Shown one piece after another: positions 33,203-44,618 of a DNA stretch of 64,000 nt. Both the position numbers and the translations under genes were made by a program. The first letter of the stretch is position 1; every line of letters starts with the position of its first letter. The stretch lies in assembly GCF_011045215.1 (NCBI RefSeq), contig NZ_CP049201.1. The stretch is one strand, 5' to 3'. Source of the stretch: Escherichia coli (GTDB lineage: Bacteria; Pseudomonadota; Gammaproteobacteria; Enterobacterales; Enterobacteriaceae). The notes under the pieces were generated by a model, which was not told the DNA's origin, ran no database searches, and saw only the letters and a list, made by a program, of their open reading frames with translations.

Positions 33203-34573
33203 ATGAAAAAATTAACCTGCTTTAAAGCCTATGATATTCGCGGAAAACTAGGCGAAGAACTGAATGAAGATATCGCCTGGCGCATTGGTCGCGCCTATGG
33301 CGAATTTCTCAAACCGAAAACCATTGTGTTAGGCGGTGATGTCCGCCTCACCAGCGAAACCTTAAAACTGGCGCTGGCGAGAGGTTTACAGGATGCGGGC
33401 GTCGATGTGCTGGATATTGGCATGTCCGGCACCGAAGAGATCTATTTCGCCACGTTCCATCTCGGCGTGGATGGCGGCATTGAAGTTACCGCCAGCCATA
33501 ACCCGATGGATTATAACGGCATGAAACTGGTGCGCGAAGGGGCTCGCCCGATCAGCGGCGATACCGGACTGCGCGACGTCCAGCGTCTGGCAGAAGCTAA
33601 CGACTTCCCTCCAGTCGATGAAACCAAACGCGGTCGCTATCAGCAAATCAATCTGCGTGACGCTTACGTTGATCACCTGTTCGGTTATATCAACGTCAAA
33701 AACCTCACGCCGCTCAAGCTGGTGATCAACTCAGGTAACGGCGCGGCGGGTCCGGTGGTGGACGCCATCGAAGCCCGCTTTAAAGCCCTCGGCGCACCGG
33801 TGGAATTCATCAAAGTGCACAATACGCCGGACGGCAATTTCCCCAACGGTATTCCTAACCCCCTGCTGCCGGAATGCCGCGACGACACCCGCAATGCGGT
33901 CATCAAACACGGCGCGGATATGGGCATTGCCTTTGACGGTGATTTTGATCGCTGTTTCCTGTTTGACGAAAAAGGGCAGTTTATCGAGGGCTACTACATT
34001 GTCGGCCTGTTGGCAGAAGCATTCCTCGAAAAAAATCCCGGCGCGAAGATCATCCACGATCCACGTCTCTCCTGGAACACCGTTGATGTGGTGACTGCTG
34101 CTGGCGGCACGCCGGTGATGTCGAAAACCGGACACGCCTTTATTAAAGAACGTATGCGCAAGGAAGACGCCATCTACGGTGGCGAAATGAGCGCTCACCA
34201 TTACTTCCGTGATTTCGCTTACTGCGACAGCGGCATGATCCCGTGGCTGCTGGTGGCCGAACTGGTGTGCCTGAAAGGAAAAACGCTGGGCGAACTGGTG
34301 CGCGACCGGATGGCAGCGTTTCCGGCAAGCGGTGAGATCAACAGCAAACTGGCGCAACCCGCTGAGGCGATTAATCGCGTCGAACAGCATTTTAGCCGTG
34401 AGGCGCTGGCGGTGGATCGCACCGATGGCATCAGCATGACCTTTGCCGACTGGCGCTTTAACCTGCGCTCCTCCAACACCGAACCGGTGGTGCGGTTGAA
34501 TGTGGAATCGCGCGGTGATGTGCCGCTGATGGAAGCGCGAACGCGAACTCTGCTGACGTTGCTGAACGAGTAA
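33203..34573 (+). CDS. cpsG: Phosphomannomutase
   Basis: Track ORF 33155..34573; start set at ATG 33203 ([15 protein letters not shown]), 456 aa; TASHNP active-site motif. Confidence 0.93.
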   Translation: MKKLTCFKAYDIRGKLGEELNEDIAWRIGRAYGEFLKPKTIVLGGDVRLTSETLKLALARGLQDAGVDVLDIGMSGTEEIYFATFHLGVDGGIEVTASHNPMDYNGMKLVREGARPISGDTGLRDVQRLAEANDFPPVDETKRGRYQQINLRDAYVDHLFGYINVKNLTPLKLVINSGNGAAGPVVDAIEARFKALGAPVEFIKVHNTPDGNFPNGIPNPLLPECRDDTRNAVIKHGADMGIAFDGDFDRCFLFDEKGQFIEGYYIVGLLAEAFLEKNPGAKIIHDPRLSWNTVDVVTAAGGTPVMSKTGHAFIKERMRKEDAIYGGEMSAHHYFRDFAYCDSGMIPWLLVAELVCLKGKTLGELVRDRMAAFPASGEINSKLAQPAEAINRVEQHFSREALAVDRTDGISMTFADWRFNLRSSNTEPVVRLNVESRGDVPLMEARTRTLLTLLNE

Positions 34574-34627
34574 TGTCGGATCTTCCCTTACCCCATTGCG
34601 GGTAAGGGGCTAATAACAGGAACAACG

Positions 34628-36022
34628 ATGACAAATCTAAAAAAGCGCGAGCGAGCGAAAACCAATGCATCGTTAATCTCTATGGTGCAACGCTTTTCAG
34701 ATATCACCATCATGTTTGCCGGATTATGGCTGGTTTGCGAAGTGAGCGGCCTGTCATTCCTCTACATGCACCTGTTGGTGGCGCTGATTACGCTGGTGGT
34801 GTTCCAGATGCTGGGCGGCATCACCGATTTTTATCGCTCATGGCGCGGTGTTCGGGCAGCGACAGAATTTGCCCTGTTGCTACAAAACTGGACCTTAAGC
34901 GTGATTTTCAGCGCCGGACTGGTGGCGTTCAACAATGATTTCGACACGCAACTGAAAATCTGGCTGGCGTGGTATGGGCTGACCAGCATCGGACTGGTGG
35001 TTTGCCGTTCATGTATTCGCATTGGGGCGGGCTGGCTGCGTAATCATGGCTATAACAAGCGGATGGTCGCCGTAGCGGGGGATTTAGCCGCCGGACAAAT
35101 GCTGATGGAGAGCTTCCGTAATCAGCCGTGGTTAGGGTTTGAAGTGGTGGGGGTTTACCACGACCCGAAACCGGGCGGCGTTTCTAACGACTGGGCGGGC
35201 AATCTGCAACAGCTGGTCGAGGACGCGAAAGCGGGCAAGATTCATAACGTCTATATCGCGATGCAAATGTGCGACGGCGCGCGAGTGAAAAAACTGGTCC
35301 ATCAATTGGCGGACACCACCTGTTCGGTGCTGCTGATCCCCGATGTCTTTACCTTCAACATTCTCCATTCACGTCTCGAAGAGATGAACGGCGTTCCGGT
35401 GGTGCCGCTTTACGACACGCCGCTTTCCGGGGTTAACCGCCTGCTCAAACGTGCGGAAGACATTGTGCTGGCGACGCTTATTCTGTTGCTGATCTCCCCG
35501 GTGCTGTGCTGTATTGCGCTGGCGGTGAAACTCAGTTCACCAGGGCCGGTTATTTTCCGCCAGACTCGCTATGGCATGGATGGCAAGCCGATCAAAGTGT
35601 GGAAGTTTCGTTCCATGAAAGTGATGGAGAACGACAAAGTGGTGACCCAGGCGACGCAGAACGATCCGCGCGTCACCAAAGTGGGGAACTTTCTGCGCCG
35701 CACCTCGCTGGATGAATTGCCGCAGTTTATCAATGTGCTGACCGGGGGGATGTCGATTGTCGGTCCACGTCCACACGCGGTGGCGCATAACGAACAGTAT
35801 CGCCAGCTCATTGAAGGCTACATGCTGCGCCATAAGGTGAAACCGGGCATTACCGGCTGGGCGCAGATTAATGGCTGGCGTGGCGAAACCGACACGCTGG
35901 AGAAAATGGAAAAACGCGTCGAGTTCGACCTTGAGTACATCCGCGAATGGAGCGTCTGGTTCGATATCAAAATCGTTTTCCTGACGGTATTCAAGGGCTT
36001 CGTTAACAAAGCGGCATATTGA
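34628..36022 (+). CDS. wcaJ: Undecaprenyl-phosphate glucose-1-phosphate transferase WcaJ
   Basis: 464 aa, matches WcaJ (polyisoprenyl-phosphate hexose-1-P transferase). Confidence 0.93.
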   Translation: MTNLKKRERAKTNASLISMVQRFSDITIMFAGLWLVCEVSGLSFLYMHLLVALITLVVFQMLGGITDFYRSWRGVRAATEFALLLQNWTLSVIFSAGLVAFNNDFDTQLKIWLAWYGLTSIGLVVCRSCIRIGAGWLRNHGYNKRMVAVAGDLAAGQMLMESFRNQPWLGFEVVGVYHDPKPGGVSNDWAGNLQQLVEDAKAGKIHNVYIAMQMCDGARVKKLVHQLADTTCSVLLIPDVFTFNILHSRLEEMNGVPVVPLYDTPLSGVNRLLKRAEDIVLATLILLLISPVLCCIALAVKLSSPGPVIFRQTRYGMDGKPIKVWKFRSMKVMENDKVVTQATQNDPRVTKVGNFLRRTSLDELPQFINVLTGGMSIVGPRPHAVAHNEQYRQLIEGYMLRHKVKPGITGWAQINGWRGETDTLEKMEKRVEFDLEYIREWSVWFDIKIVFLTVFKGFVNKAAY

Positions 36023-36023
36023 T

Positions 36024-37502
36024 ATGAGCTTACGTGAAAAGACCATCAGCGGCGCGAAGTGGTCGGCGATTGCCACGGTGATCATCATCGGCCTCGGGCT
36101 GGTGCAGATGACCGTGCTGGCGCGGATTATCGACAACCACCAGTTCGGTTTGCTTACCGTGTCGCTGGTGATTATCGCGCTGGCAGATACGCTTTCTGAC
36201 TTTGGTATCGCTAACTCGATTATTCAGCGAAAAGAAATCAGTCACCTTGAACTCACCACGTTGTACTGGCTGAACGTCGGGCTGGGGATCGTGGTGTGCG
36301 TGGCGGTGTTTTTGTTGAGTGATCTCATCGGCGACGTGCTGAATAACCCGGACCTGGCACCGTTGATTAAAACATTGTCGCTGGCGTTTGTGGTAATCCC
36401 CCACGGGCAACAGTTCCGCGCGTTGATGCAGAAGGAGCTGGAGTTCAACAAAATCGGCATGATCGAAACCAGCGCGGTACTGGCGGGCTTCACTTTTACG
36501 GTGGTTAGTGCCCATTTCTGGCCGCTGGCGATGACCGCGATCCTCGGTTATCTGGTCAATAGTGCGGTAAGAACGCTGCTGTTTGGCTACTTTGGCCGCA
36601 AAATTTATCGCCCCGGTCTGCACTTCTCGCTGGCGTCGGTGGCACCGAACTTACGCTTTGGTGCCTGGCTGACGGCGGACAGCATCATCAACTATCTCAA
36701 CACCAACCTTTCAACGCTGGTGCTGGCGCGTATTCTCGGCGCGGGCGTGGCAGGGGGATACAACCTGGCGTACAACGTGGCCGTTGTGCCACCGATGAAG
36801 CTGAACCCAATCATCACCCGCGTGTTGTTTCCGGCGTTTGCCAAAATTCAGGACGACACCGAAAAGCTGCGCGTTAACTTCTACAAGCTGCTGTCGGTAG
36901 TGGGGATTATCAACTTTCCGGCGCTGCTCGGGCTGATGGTGGTGTCGAATAATTTTGTACCGCTGGTCTTTGGTGAGAAGTGGAGCAGCATTATTCCGGT
37001 GCTGCAATTGCTGTGTGTGGTGGGGCTACTGCGCTCCGTGGGTAACCCGATTGGTTCGCTGCTGATGGCGAAAGCGCGGGTCGATATCAGCTTTAAATTC
37101 AACGTATTCAAAACATTTCTGTTTATTCCGGCGATTGTTATTGGTGGGCAGATGGCGGGCGCAATCGGCGTCACGCTCGGTTTCCTGCTGGTGCAGATTA
37201 TCAACACCATTCTGAGTTACTTCGTGATGATTAAACCGGTTCTTGGTTCCAGTTATCGCCAGTACATCCTGAGTTTGTGGCTGCCGTTTTATCTCTCGTT
37301 GCCGACGCTGGTGGTTAGTTATGCGCTGGGCATTGTGCTGAAAGGGCAACTGGCGCTGGGGATGCTGCTGGCGGTGCAAATAGCCGCGGGCGTGCTGGCG
37401 TTTGTGGTGATGATTGTGCTGTCGCGCCATCCGCTGGTGGTGGAAGTGAAGCGTCAGTTTTGTCGCAGCGAAAAAATGAAAATGCTTTTACGGGCGGGGT
37501 GA
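36024..37502 (+). CDS. wzxC: Colanic acid repeat-unit flippase WzxC
   Basis: 492 aa polytopic membrane protein, matches WzxC. Confidence 0.92.
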   Translation: MSLREKTISGAKWSAIATVIIIGLGLVQMTVLARIIDNHQFGLLTVSLVIIALADTLSDFGIANSIIQRKEISHLELTTLYWLNVGLGIVVCVAVFLLSDLIGDVLNNPDLAPLIKTLSLAFVVIPHGQQFRALMQKELEFNKIGMIETSAVLAGFTFTVVSAHFWPLAMTAILGYLVNSAVRTLLFGYFGRKIYRPGLHFSLASVAPNLRFGAWLTADSIINYLNTNLSTLVLARILGAGVAGGYNLAYNVAVVPPMKLNPIITRVLFPAFAKIQDDTEKLRVNFYKLLSVVGIINFPALLGLMVVSNNFVPLVFGEKWSSIIPVLQLLCVVGLLRSVGNPIGSLLMAKARVDISFKFNVFKTFLFIPAIVIGGQMAGAIGVTLGFLLVQIINTILSYFVMIKPVLGSSYRQYILSLWLPFYLSLPTLVVSYALGIVLKGQLALGMLLAVQIAAGVLAFVVMIVLSRHPLVVEVKRQFCRSEKMKMLLRAG

Positions 37503-37530
37503 GTTGCTGTTTTCGGTTCCGACAACGGTT

Positions 37531-37716
37531 GCCGGATGCGGCGTAAAACGCCTTATCCATCCTACGGTTCTGTGCTCGGGACCTGTAGGCCTGATAAGAC
37601 GCGTCAGCGTCGCATCAGGCACTGAATGCCGGATGCGGCGTGAACGCCTTATCCGGCCTACGGTTCTGTGCTCGGGTCTTGTAGGCCTGATAAGACGCGT
37701 CAGCGTCGCATCAGGC
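37531..37716. repeat. BIME cluster (multiple REP palindromes) between wzxC and wcaK
   Basis: Repeated gccggatgcggcgtgaacgccttatccggcctacggttctgtgctcggg and gtaggcctgataagacgcgtcagcgtcgcatcaggc units. Confidence 0.85.
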
Positions 37717-37777
37717 AAAAAGCGGCAACGAAAAAAACAAACGCAGCCTCACCTGGCATCAAATTTATGAGGAAAAA

Positions 37778-39058
37778 ATGAAATTACTTATTCTGGGCAA
37801 CCACACTTGCGGCAATCGTGGCGATAGCGCCATCCTGCGCGGCTTACTTGATGCCATCAACATTCTCAATCCACACGCCGAAGTGGATGTGATGAGCCGC
37901 TATCCGGTCAGTTCTTCCTGGCTGCTCAACCGCCCGGTAATGGGCGATCCGCTGTTCCTGCAAATGAAACAACACAACAGCGCAGCGGGCGTTGTCGGGC
38001 GCGTTAAAAAAGTCCTCCGTCGCCGCTACCAGCATCAGGTACTGCTCTCGCGCGTCACCGACACTGGCAAGTTGCGTAATATCGCCATCGCCCAGGGATT
38101 CACTGACTTCGTGCGCCTGCTGTCAGGTTACGACGCCATTATTCAGGTCGGCGGATCGTTTTTTGTCGATCTCTACGGCGTGCCACAGTTTGAACATGCA
38201 CTTTGCACGTTTATGGCGAAAAAGCCGCTGTTTATGATTGGTCACAGCGTTGGCCCGTTCCAGGATGAGCAATTTAACCAACTGGCGAACTATGTCTTTG
38301 GTCACTGTGACGCGCTGATCCTGCGCGAATCGGTCAGCCTTGATCTGATGAAACGCAGCAATATCACCACCGCAAAAGTGGAACATGGCGTCGATACCGC
38401 GTGGCTGGTCGATCACCACACAGAAGACTTCACCGCCAGCTATGCCGTTCAACACTGGCTGGACGTTGCCGCACAACAGAAAACGGTGGCCATTACCCTG
38501 CGCGAACTGGCACCGTTCGACAAACGTCTCGGCACCACTCAACAAGCGTATGAAAAAGCCTTTGCCGGGGTGGTCAATCGCATTCTCGACGAAGGCTATC
38601 AGGTTATTGCGCTCTCCACCTGTACGGGCATCGACAGCTATAACAAAGACGACCGCATGGTGGCGCTCAACCTGCGTCAGCACATCAGCGATCCTGCCCG
38701 TTACCACGTAGTGATGGATGAACTCAACGATCTGGAAATGGGCAAAATTCTCGGAGCCTGTGAACTCACCGTCGGTACGCGCCTGCACTCCGCCATTATC
38801 TCAATGAACTTTGCCACTCCGGCGATTGCCATCAACTATGAACATAAATCCGCCGGGATCATGCAGCAGCTGGGACTACCGGAGATGGCAATTGATATCC
38901 GTCATTTACTGGACGGCAGCCTGCAAGCGATGGTTGCGGATACCTTAGGCCAACTTCCGGCGCTGAACGCACGACTTAACGAAGCTGTCAGTCGTGAGCG
39001 TCAGACGGGAATGCAGATGGTGCAATCTGTGCTTGAGCGCATCGGGGAGGTGAAATGA
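37778..39058 (+). CDS. wcaK: Colanic acid pyruvyl transferase WcaK
   Basis: 426 aa, matches WcaK. Confidence 0.92.
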   Translation: MKLLILGNHTCGNRGDSAILRGLLDAINILNPHAEVDVMSRYPVSSSWLLNRPVMGDPLFLQMKQHNSAAGVVGRVKKVLRRRYQHQVLLSRVTDTGKLRNIAIAQGFTDFVRLLSGYDAIIQVGGSFFVDLYGVPQFEHALCTFMAKKPLFMIGHSVGPFQDEQFNQLANYVFGHCDALILRESVSLDLMKRSNITTAKVEHGVDTAWLVDHHTEDFTASYAVQHWLDVAAQQKTVAITLRELAPFDKRLGTTQQAYEKAFAGVVNRILDEGYQVIALSTCTGIDSYNKDDRMVALNLRQHISDPARYHVVMDELNDLEMGKILGACELTVGTRLHSAIISMNFATPAIAINYEHKSAGIMQQLGLPEMAIDIRHLLDGSLQAMVADTLGQLPALNARLNEAVSRERQTGMQMVQSVLERIGEVK

Positions 39059-40275
39059 AGGTCGGCTTCTTTTTACTGAAATTTCCGTTGTCGTCAGAAA
39101 CCTTCGTCCTCAATCAAATTACCGCGTTTATTGATATGGGATTTGAGGTGGAGATTGTCGCGCTGCAAAAAGGCGACACACAAAACACCCACGCGGCATG
39201 GACGAAATACAACCTTGCCGCCAGAACCCGTTGGTTACAGGACGAACCTACGGGCAAAGTGGCGAAGCTGCGCCACCGCGCCAGCCAGACTTTACGCGGC
39301 ATTCATCGTAAAAATACCTGGCAGGCGCTCAACCTCAAACGCTATGGTGCCGAGTCGCGGAATCTGATTTTGTCTGCCATTTGCGGTCAGGTCGCAACAC
39401 CATTTCATGCCGATGTCTTTATCGCTCATTTTGGCCCTGCGGGGGTAACCGCAGCAAAACTACGCGAACTGGGTGTCATTCGCGGCAAAATTGCCACTAT
39501 TTTTCACGGCATTGATATTTCCAGTCGGGAAGTGCTCAACCATTACACTCCCGAATATCAACAACTGTTTCGACGTGGCGACCTGATGCTACCGATAAGC
39601 GATCTGTGGGCCGGAAGGCTGCAAAAAATGGGCTGCCCGAGGGAAAAAATCGCCGTATCGCGCATGGGCGTAGATATGACGCGCTTTAGCCCGCGTCCCG
39701 TGAAAGCGCCCGCAACACCGCTGGAGATTATTTCCGTCGCACGCTTAACCGAGAAAAAAGGCCTGCATGTGGCGATTGAAGCCTGCCGTCAGTTGAAAGA
39801 GCAGGGCGTGGCATTTCGCTATCGCATCCTCGGCATTGGCCCGTGGGAAAGACGCCTGCGCACCCTCATCGAACAATATCAACTGGAAGATGTGGTGGAG
39901 ATGCCGGGCTTTAAACCGAGCCATGAAGTGAAAGCGATGCTCGACAACGCGGATGTTTTCTTGTTGCCATCGGTAACGGGTGCGGATGGCGATATGGAAG
40001 GTATTCCGGTGGCGCTAATGGAAGCGATGGCGGTCGGTATTCCGGTGGTTTCTACTCTGCATAGCGGAATACCGGAACTGGTGGAGGCCGATAAATCCGG
40101 CTGGCTGGTGCCTGAGAATGATGCTCGCGCACTGGCGCAACGACTGGCGGCGTTTAGCCAACTGGACACCGACGAACTGGCTCCGGTTATCAAACGTGCT
40201 CGCGAAAAAGTCGAACACGATTTTAACCAGCAGGTGATTAACCGAGAACTCGCCAGCTTGTTGCAGGCTTTATAG
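39055..40275 (+). CDS. wcaL: Colanic acid glycosyltransferase WcaL (GT4)
   Basis: 406 aa, matches WcaL; start overlaps wcaK stop. Confidence 0.92.
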   Translation: MKVGFFLLKFPLSSETFVLNQITAFIDMGFEVEIVALQKGDTQNTHAAWTKYNLAARTRWLQDEPTGKVAKLRHRASQTLRGIHRKNTWQALNLKRYGAESRNLILSAICGQVATPFHADVFIAHFGPAGVTAAKLRELGVIRGKIATIFHGIDISSREVLNHYTPEYQQLFRRGDLMLPISDLWAGRLQKMGCPREKIAVSRMGVDMTRFSPRPVKAPATPLEIISVARLTEKKGLHVAIEACRQLKEQGVAFRYRILGIGPWERRLRTLIEQYQLEDVVEMPGFKPSHEVKAMLDNADVFLLPSVTGADGDMEGIPVALMEAMAVGIPVVSTLHSGIPELVEADKSGWLVPENDARALAQRLAAFSQLDTDELAPVIKRAREKVEHDFNQQVINRELASLLQAL

Positions 40276-40285
40276 AGGAGAACGT

Positions 40286-41680
40286 ATGCCATTTAAAAAA
40301 CTCTCCCGACGCACCTTCCTGACGGCAAGCTCCGCGCTTGCCTTCCTCCATACCCCTTTCGCTCGCGCACTTCCCGCCCGACAAAGCGTTAACATTAACG
40401 ACTACAACCCACACGACTGGATCGCCTCATTTAAACAAGCCTTCGGCGAAGGGCAAACGGTCGTCGTGCCTGCCGGATTGGTTTGCGACAATATCAACAC
40501 CGGCATCTTCATTCCTCCTGGCAAAACGTTACACATCCTTGGAAGCCTGCGCGGCAACGGCAGAGGGCGATTTGTCTTACAGGACGGTAGCCAGGTGACA
40601 GGGGAGGAGGGCGGCAGTATGCATAACATCACCCTGGATGTGCGTGGCTCTGACTGCACCATCAAAGGGCTGGCGATGAGCGGCTTTGGCCCGGTAACGC
40701 AGATTTATATCGGCGGCAAAAACAAACGGGTCATGCGCAACCTGACCATCGATAACCTCACTGTCAGCCACGCTAATTACGCCATCTTACGCCAGGGATT
40801 TCATAACCAGATAATCGGTGCCAACATCACCAATTGTAAGTTCAGCGACTTACAGGGCGATGCCATTGAATGGAACGTGGCGATTAACGACAGTGATATT
40901 TTGATATCTGACCATGTCATCGAGCGCATCAACTGTACCAACGGCAAAATCAACTGGGGCATTGGCATAGGCCTTGCGGGAAGCACTTACGATAATAATT
41001 ACCCGGAAGATCAGGCAGTGAAAAACTTTGTCGTGGCGAATATCACGGGATCGGATTGTCGGCAGTTGATCCATGTTGAAAATGGTAAACATTTTGTTAT
41101 TCGTAATATCAAAGCCCGCAATATCACGCCGGATTTCAGTAAGAAAGCAGGTATTGATAACGCCACGGTCGCTATTTACGGTTGTGATAATTTCGTGATT
41201 GATAATATTGAAATGATTAATAGCGCCGGGATGTTAATCGGCTATGGGGTAATTAAAGGCAAATATCTCTCGATACCGCAAAATTTCCGAGTGAATAATA
41301 TTCAACTGGATAATACCCACCTTGCTTACAAATTGCGCGGTATCCAAATCTCCGCCGGGAATGCTGTCTCCTTTGTGGCGCTGACTAACATTGAGATGAA
41401 GCGTGCGTCGCTGGAGTTACACAACAAACCGCAACATCTTTTTATGCGTAATATCAATGTGATGCAGGAATCCTCTGTTGGACCCGCATTGAGCATGAAC
41501 TTCGACATGCGCAAAGACGTTCGCGGCGTCTTTATGGCGAAAAAAGAAACACTGCTGTCTCTTGCAAATGTTCATGCGGTGAATGAAAGAGGGCAAAGCT
41601 CCGTCGATATCGACAGGATTAATCACCATATTGTTAATATGGAAAAGATTAACTTTAGATTGCCAGAACGGAGGGAGTAG
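40286..41680 (+). CDS. wcaM: Colanic acid biosynthesis protein WcaM
   Basis: 464 aa; twin-arginine-like N-terminus [15 protein letters not shown]; matches WcaM. Confidence 0.92.
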   Translation: MPFKKLSRRTFLTASSALAFLHTPFARALPARQSVNINDYNPHDWIASFKQAFGEGQTVVVPAGLVCDNINTGIFIPPGKTLHILGSLRGNGRGRFVLQDGSQVTGEEGGSMHNITLDVRGSDCTIKGLAMSGFGPVTQIYIGGKNKRVMRNLTIDNLTVSHANYAILRQGFHNQIIGANITNCKFSDLQGDAIEWNVAINDSDILISDHVIERINCTNGKINWGIGIGLAGSTYDNNYPEDQAVKNFVVANITGSDCRQLIHVENGKHFVIRNIKARNITPDFSKKAGIDNATVAIYGCDNFVIDNIEMINSAGMLIGYGVIKGKYLSIPQNFRVNNIQLDNTHLAYKLRGIQISAGNAVSFVALTNIEMKRASLELHNKPQHLFMRNINVMQESSVGPALSMNFDMRKDVRGVFMAKKETLLSLANVHAVNERGQSSVDIDRINHHIVNMEKINFRLPERRE

Positions 41681-41837
41681 ATTTGCGACCATTCATAAAC
41701 TTACTGGATATAATGTTCTAAAAGATTATAATCCTCACACTAACTGTTAAAGCTGGGGCTGGGCAGCATTGACTACTCAGGGAAGGTACTCATCTTTATC
41801 TTGTGTTTCTTACGTAACAACCAGACTAAAGTGATTT

Positions 41838-42833
41838 ATGAACGATAACGTTTTGCTCATAGGAGCTTCCGGATTCGTAGGAACCCGACTACTTGAAACG
41901 GCAATTGCTGACTTTAATATCAAGAACCTGGACAAACAGCAGAGCCACTTTTATCCAGAAATCACACAGATTGGCGATGTTCGTGATCAACAGGCACTCG
42001 ACCAGGCGTTAGCCGGTTTTGACACTGTTGTGCTACTGGCAGCGGAACACCGCGATGACGTCAGCCCTACTTCTCTCTATTATGATGTCAATGTTCAGGG
42101 TACCCGCAATGTGCTGGCGGCCATGGAAAAAAATGGCGTTAAAAATATCATCTTTACCAGTTCCGTTGCTGTTTATGGTTTGAACAAACACAACCCTGAC
42201 GAAAACCATCCACACGACCCTTTCAACCACTACGGCAAAAGTAAGTGGCAGGCGGAGGAAGTGCTGCGTGAATGGTATAACAAAGCACCAACAGAACGTT
42301 CATTAACTATCATCCGTCCTACCGTTATCTTCGGTGAACGCAACCGCGGTAACGTCTATAACTTGCTGAAACAGATCGCTGGCGGCAAGTTTATGATGGT
42401 GGGAGCAGGGACTAACTATAAGTCCATGGCTTATGTTGGAAACATTGTTGAGTTTATCAAGTACAAACTGAAGAATGTTGCCGCAGGTTATGAGGTTTAT
42501 AACTACGTTGATAAGCCAGACCTGAACATGAACCAGTTGGTTGCTGAAGTTGAACAAAGCCTGAACAAAAAGATCCCTTCTATGCACTTGCCTTACCCAC
42601 TAGGAATGCTGGGTGGATATTGCTTTGATATCCTGAGCAAAATTACGGGCAAAAAATACGCTGTCAGCTCAGTGCGCGTGAAAAAATTCTGCGCAACAAC
42701 ACAGTTTGACGCAACGAAAGTGCATTCTTCAGGTTTTGTGGCACCGTATACGCTGTCGCAAGGTCTGGATCGAACACTGCAGTATGAATTCGTTCATGCC
42801 AAAAAAGACGACATAACGTTTGTTTCTGAGTAA
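41838..42833 (+). CDS. gne: NAD-dependent sugar epimerase of the Gne/Gnu type (UDP-GlcNAc / GlcNAc-PP-Und 4-epimerase)
   Basis: 331 aa; Rossmann motif LLIGASGFVGTRL; sits between wcaM and galF, as I recall for the O55/O157-type gne gene. Confidence 0.8.
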   Translation: MNDNVLLIGASGFVGTRLLETAIADFNIKNLDKQQSHFYPEITQIGDVRDQQALDQALAGFDTVVLLAAEHRDDVSPTSLYYDVNVQGTRNVLAAMEKNGVKNIIFTSSVAVYGLNKHNPDENHPHDPFNHYGKSKWQAEEVLREWYNKAPTERSLTIIRPTVIFGERNRGNVYNLLKQIAGGKFMMVGAGTNYKSMAYVGNIVEFIKYKLKNVAAGYEVYNYVDKPDLNMNQLVAEVEQSLNKKIPSMHLPYPLGMLGGYCFDILSKITGKKYAVSSVRVKKFCATTQFDATKVHSSGFVAPYTLSQGLDRTLQYEFVHAKKDDITFVSE

Positions 42834-43075
42834 TGCAGACGAGTCAGAGAAAAAAGGACCAGGTTGGACTACGATTATTCGGAAAGAGGTACTGATTAAA
42901 TTATCAGTATGCGGAATTCCGAGTAATCCGAGTAACCCAGATGCTGATGGTGTGTAGTGTTATTCTAAGGTTTAAGCAAAGTTATGCGGAACTAAGCTTT
43001 GGTATATAGCCATAACGTTTGGCTAACCTATGGCAATAATTTACGCACTATCAGCCACTTAGAGGTAGGAAAAGA

Positions 43076-43969
43076 ATGACGAATTTAAAAGCAGTTATAC
43101 CGGTAGCAGGTCTTGGGATGCATATGTTGCCTGCCACTAAGGCGATTCCCAAAGAGATGCTACCGATCGTCGACAAGCCAATGATTCAGTACATTGTTGA
43201 CGAGATTGTGGCTGCAGGGATCAAAGAAATCCTCCTGGTAACTCACGCGTCCAAGAACGCAGTCGAAAACCACTTCGACACCTCTTATGAATTAGAATCT
43301 CTCCTTGAACAGCGCGTGAAGCGTCAACTGCTGGCGGAAGTACAATCTATCTGTCCGCCGGGCGTGACCATTATGAACGTGCGTCAGGGTGAACCTTTAG
43401 GTTTAGGCCATTCCATTTTGTGTGCACGACCCGCCATTGGTGACAACCCATTTGTCGTGGTGCTGCCAGACGTTGTGATCGACGACGCCAGTGCCGACCC
43501 GCTGCGCTACAACCTTGCTGCCATGATTGCGCGTTTCAATGAAACGGGCCGTAGCCAGGTGCTGGCAAAACGTATGCCGGGTGACCTTTCTGAATACTCC
43601 GTTATTCAGACCAAAGAGCCGCTGGATCGTGAAGGCAAAGTCAGCCGCATTGTTGAATTTATCGAAAAACCGGATCAGCCGCAGACGCTGGACTCAGACA
43701 TCATGGCCGTTGGTCGCTATGTGCTTTCTGCCGATATTTGGCCGGAACTTGAACGCACTCAACCTGGTGCATGGGGACGTATCCAACTGACTGATGCCAT
43801 TGCTGAACTGGCGAAGAAACAGTCCGTTGATGCCATGCTGATGACTGGTGACAGCTACGACTGCGGTAAAAAAATGGGCTATATGCAGGCGTTTGTGAAG
43901 TATGGACTGCGCAACCTGAAAGAAGGGGCGAAGTTCCGTAAAGGGATTGAGAAGCTGTTAAGCGAATAA
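43076..43969 (+). CDS. galF: UTP-glucose-1-phosphate uridylyltransferase regulatory paralogue GalF
   Basis: 297 aa, matches GalF. Confidence 0.95.
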   Translation: MTNLKAVIPVAGLGMHMLPATKAIPKEMLPIVDKPMIQYIVDEIVAAGIKEILLVTHASKNAVENHFDTSYELESLLEQRVKRQLLAEVQSICPPGVTIMNVRQGEPLGLGHSILCARPAIGDNPFVVVLPDVVIDDASADPLRYNLAAMIARFNETGRSQVLAKRMPGDLSEYSVIQTKEPLDREGKVSRIVEFIEKPDQPQTLDSDIMAVGRYVLSADIWPELERTQPGAWGRIQLTDAIAELAKKQSVDAMLMTGDSYDCGKKMGYMQAFVKYGLRNLKEGAKFRKGIEKLLSE

Positions 43970-44227
43970 TGAAAATCTGACCGGATGTAACGGTTGATAA
44001 GAAAATTATAACGGCAGTGAAGATTCGTGGTGAAAGTAATTTGTTGCGAATATTCCTGCCGTTGTTTTATATAAACAATCAGAATAACAACGAGTTAGCA
44101 ATAGGATTTTAGTCAAAGTTTTCCAGGATTTTCCTTGTTTCCAGAGCGGATTGGTAAGACAATTAGCGTTTGAATTTTTCGAGTTTAGCGCGAGTAGGTA
44201 ACGCTAGTCACATCGTAGACATGTAAG

Positions 44228-44266
44228 CAGTGCTCTGGTAGCTGTAAAGCCAGGGGCGGTAGCATT
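44228..44266 (+). promoter_or_regulatory. JUMPstart element with variant ops site (GGCGGTAGCATT) in the O-antigen cluster leader
   Basis: cagtgctctggtagctgtaaagccaggggcggtagcattg, about 350 bp upstream of the first O-antigen gene; last ops positions differ from canonical GGCGGTAGCGTG. Confidence 0.75.
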
Positions 44267-44618
44267 GTTCTTGATATTTTTAAGTATAAAAATGACACAT
44301 AAAAATAAAATAATTAGTTATCGGTATGTTTTTAATTGTGTTATTATTGAAAAATATCACCATTAATTATTTAATGCGATAAAGGCCAAATAAATCACTC
44401 ATTTATTTCTACATAGGATAGGGGACTATCAGATGGGAATTAAATAAAAATCCAAGTGCTAAATATTTCAATCTTAAATTCCATTGTAAAAAGTTTAAGG
44501 GATTTTATTCTAAAAAAGAATTGGATGAATTGAAAGTTATTTTGAGCTTAATTTATTAAACTTGAAGTTTTTTTACTGAGTTTTTCTGAAAAATAATTTA
44601 TTGTTAATGGAGCCATAT

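Noticed and set aside
37488-37770. Track ORFs 37488..37718 (-) and 37504..37770 (+), and likewise 32759..33019 and 32931..33146
   Set aside because: They are built entirely from REP/BIME palindromes (repetitive RIRRSRRIR-type translations); repeat artefacts, not genes.
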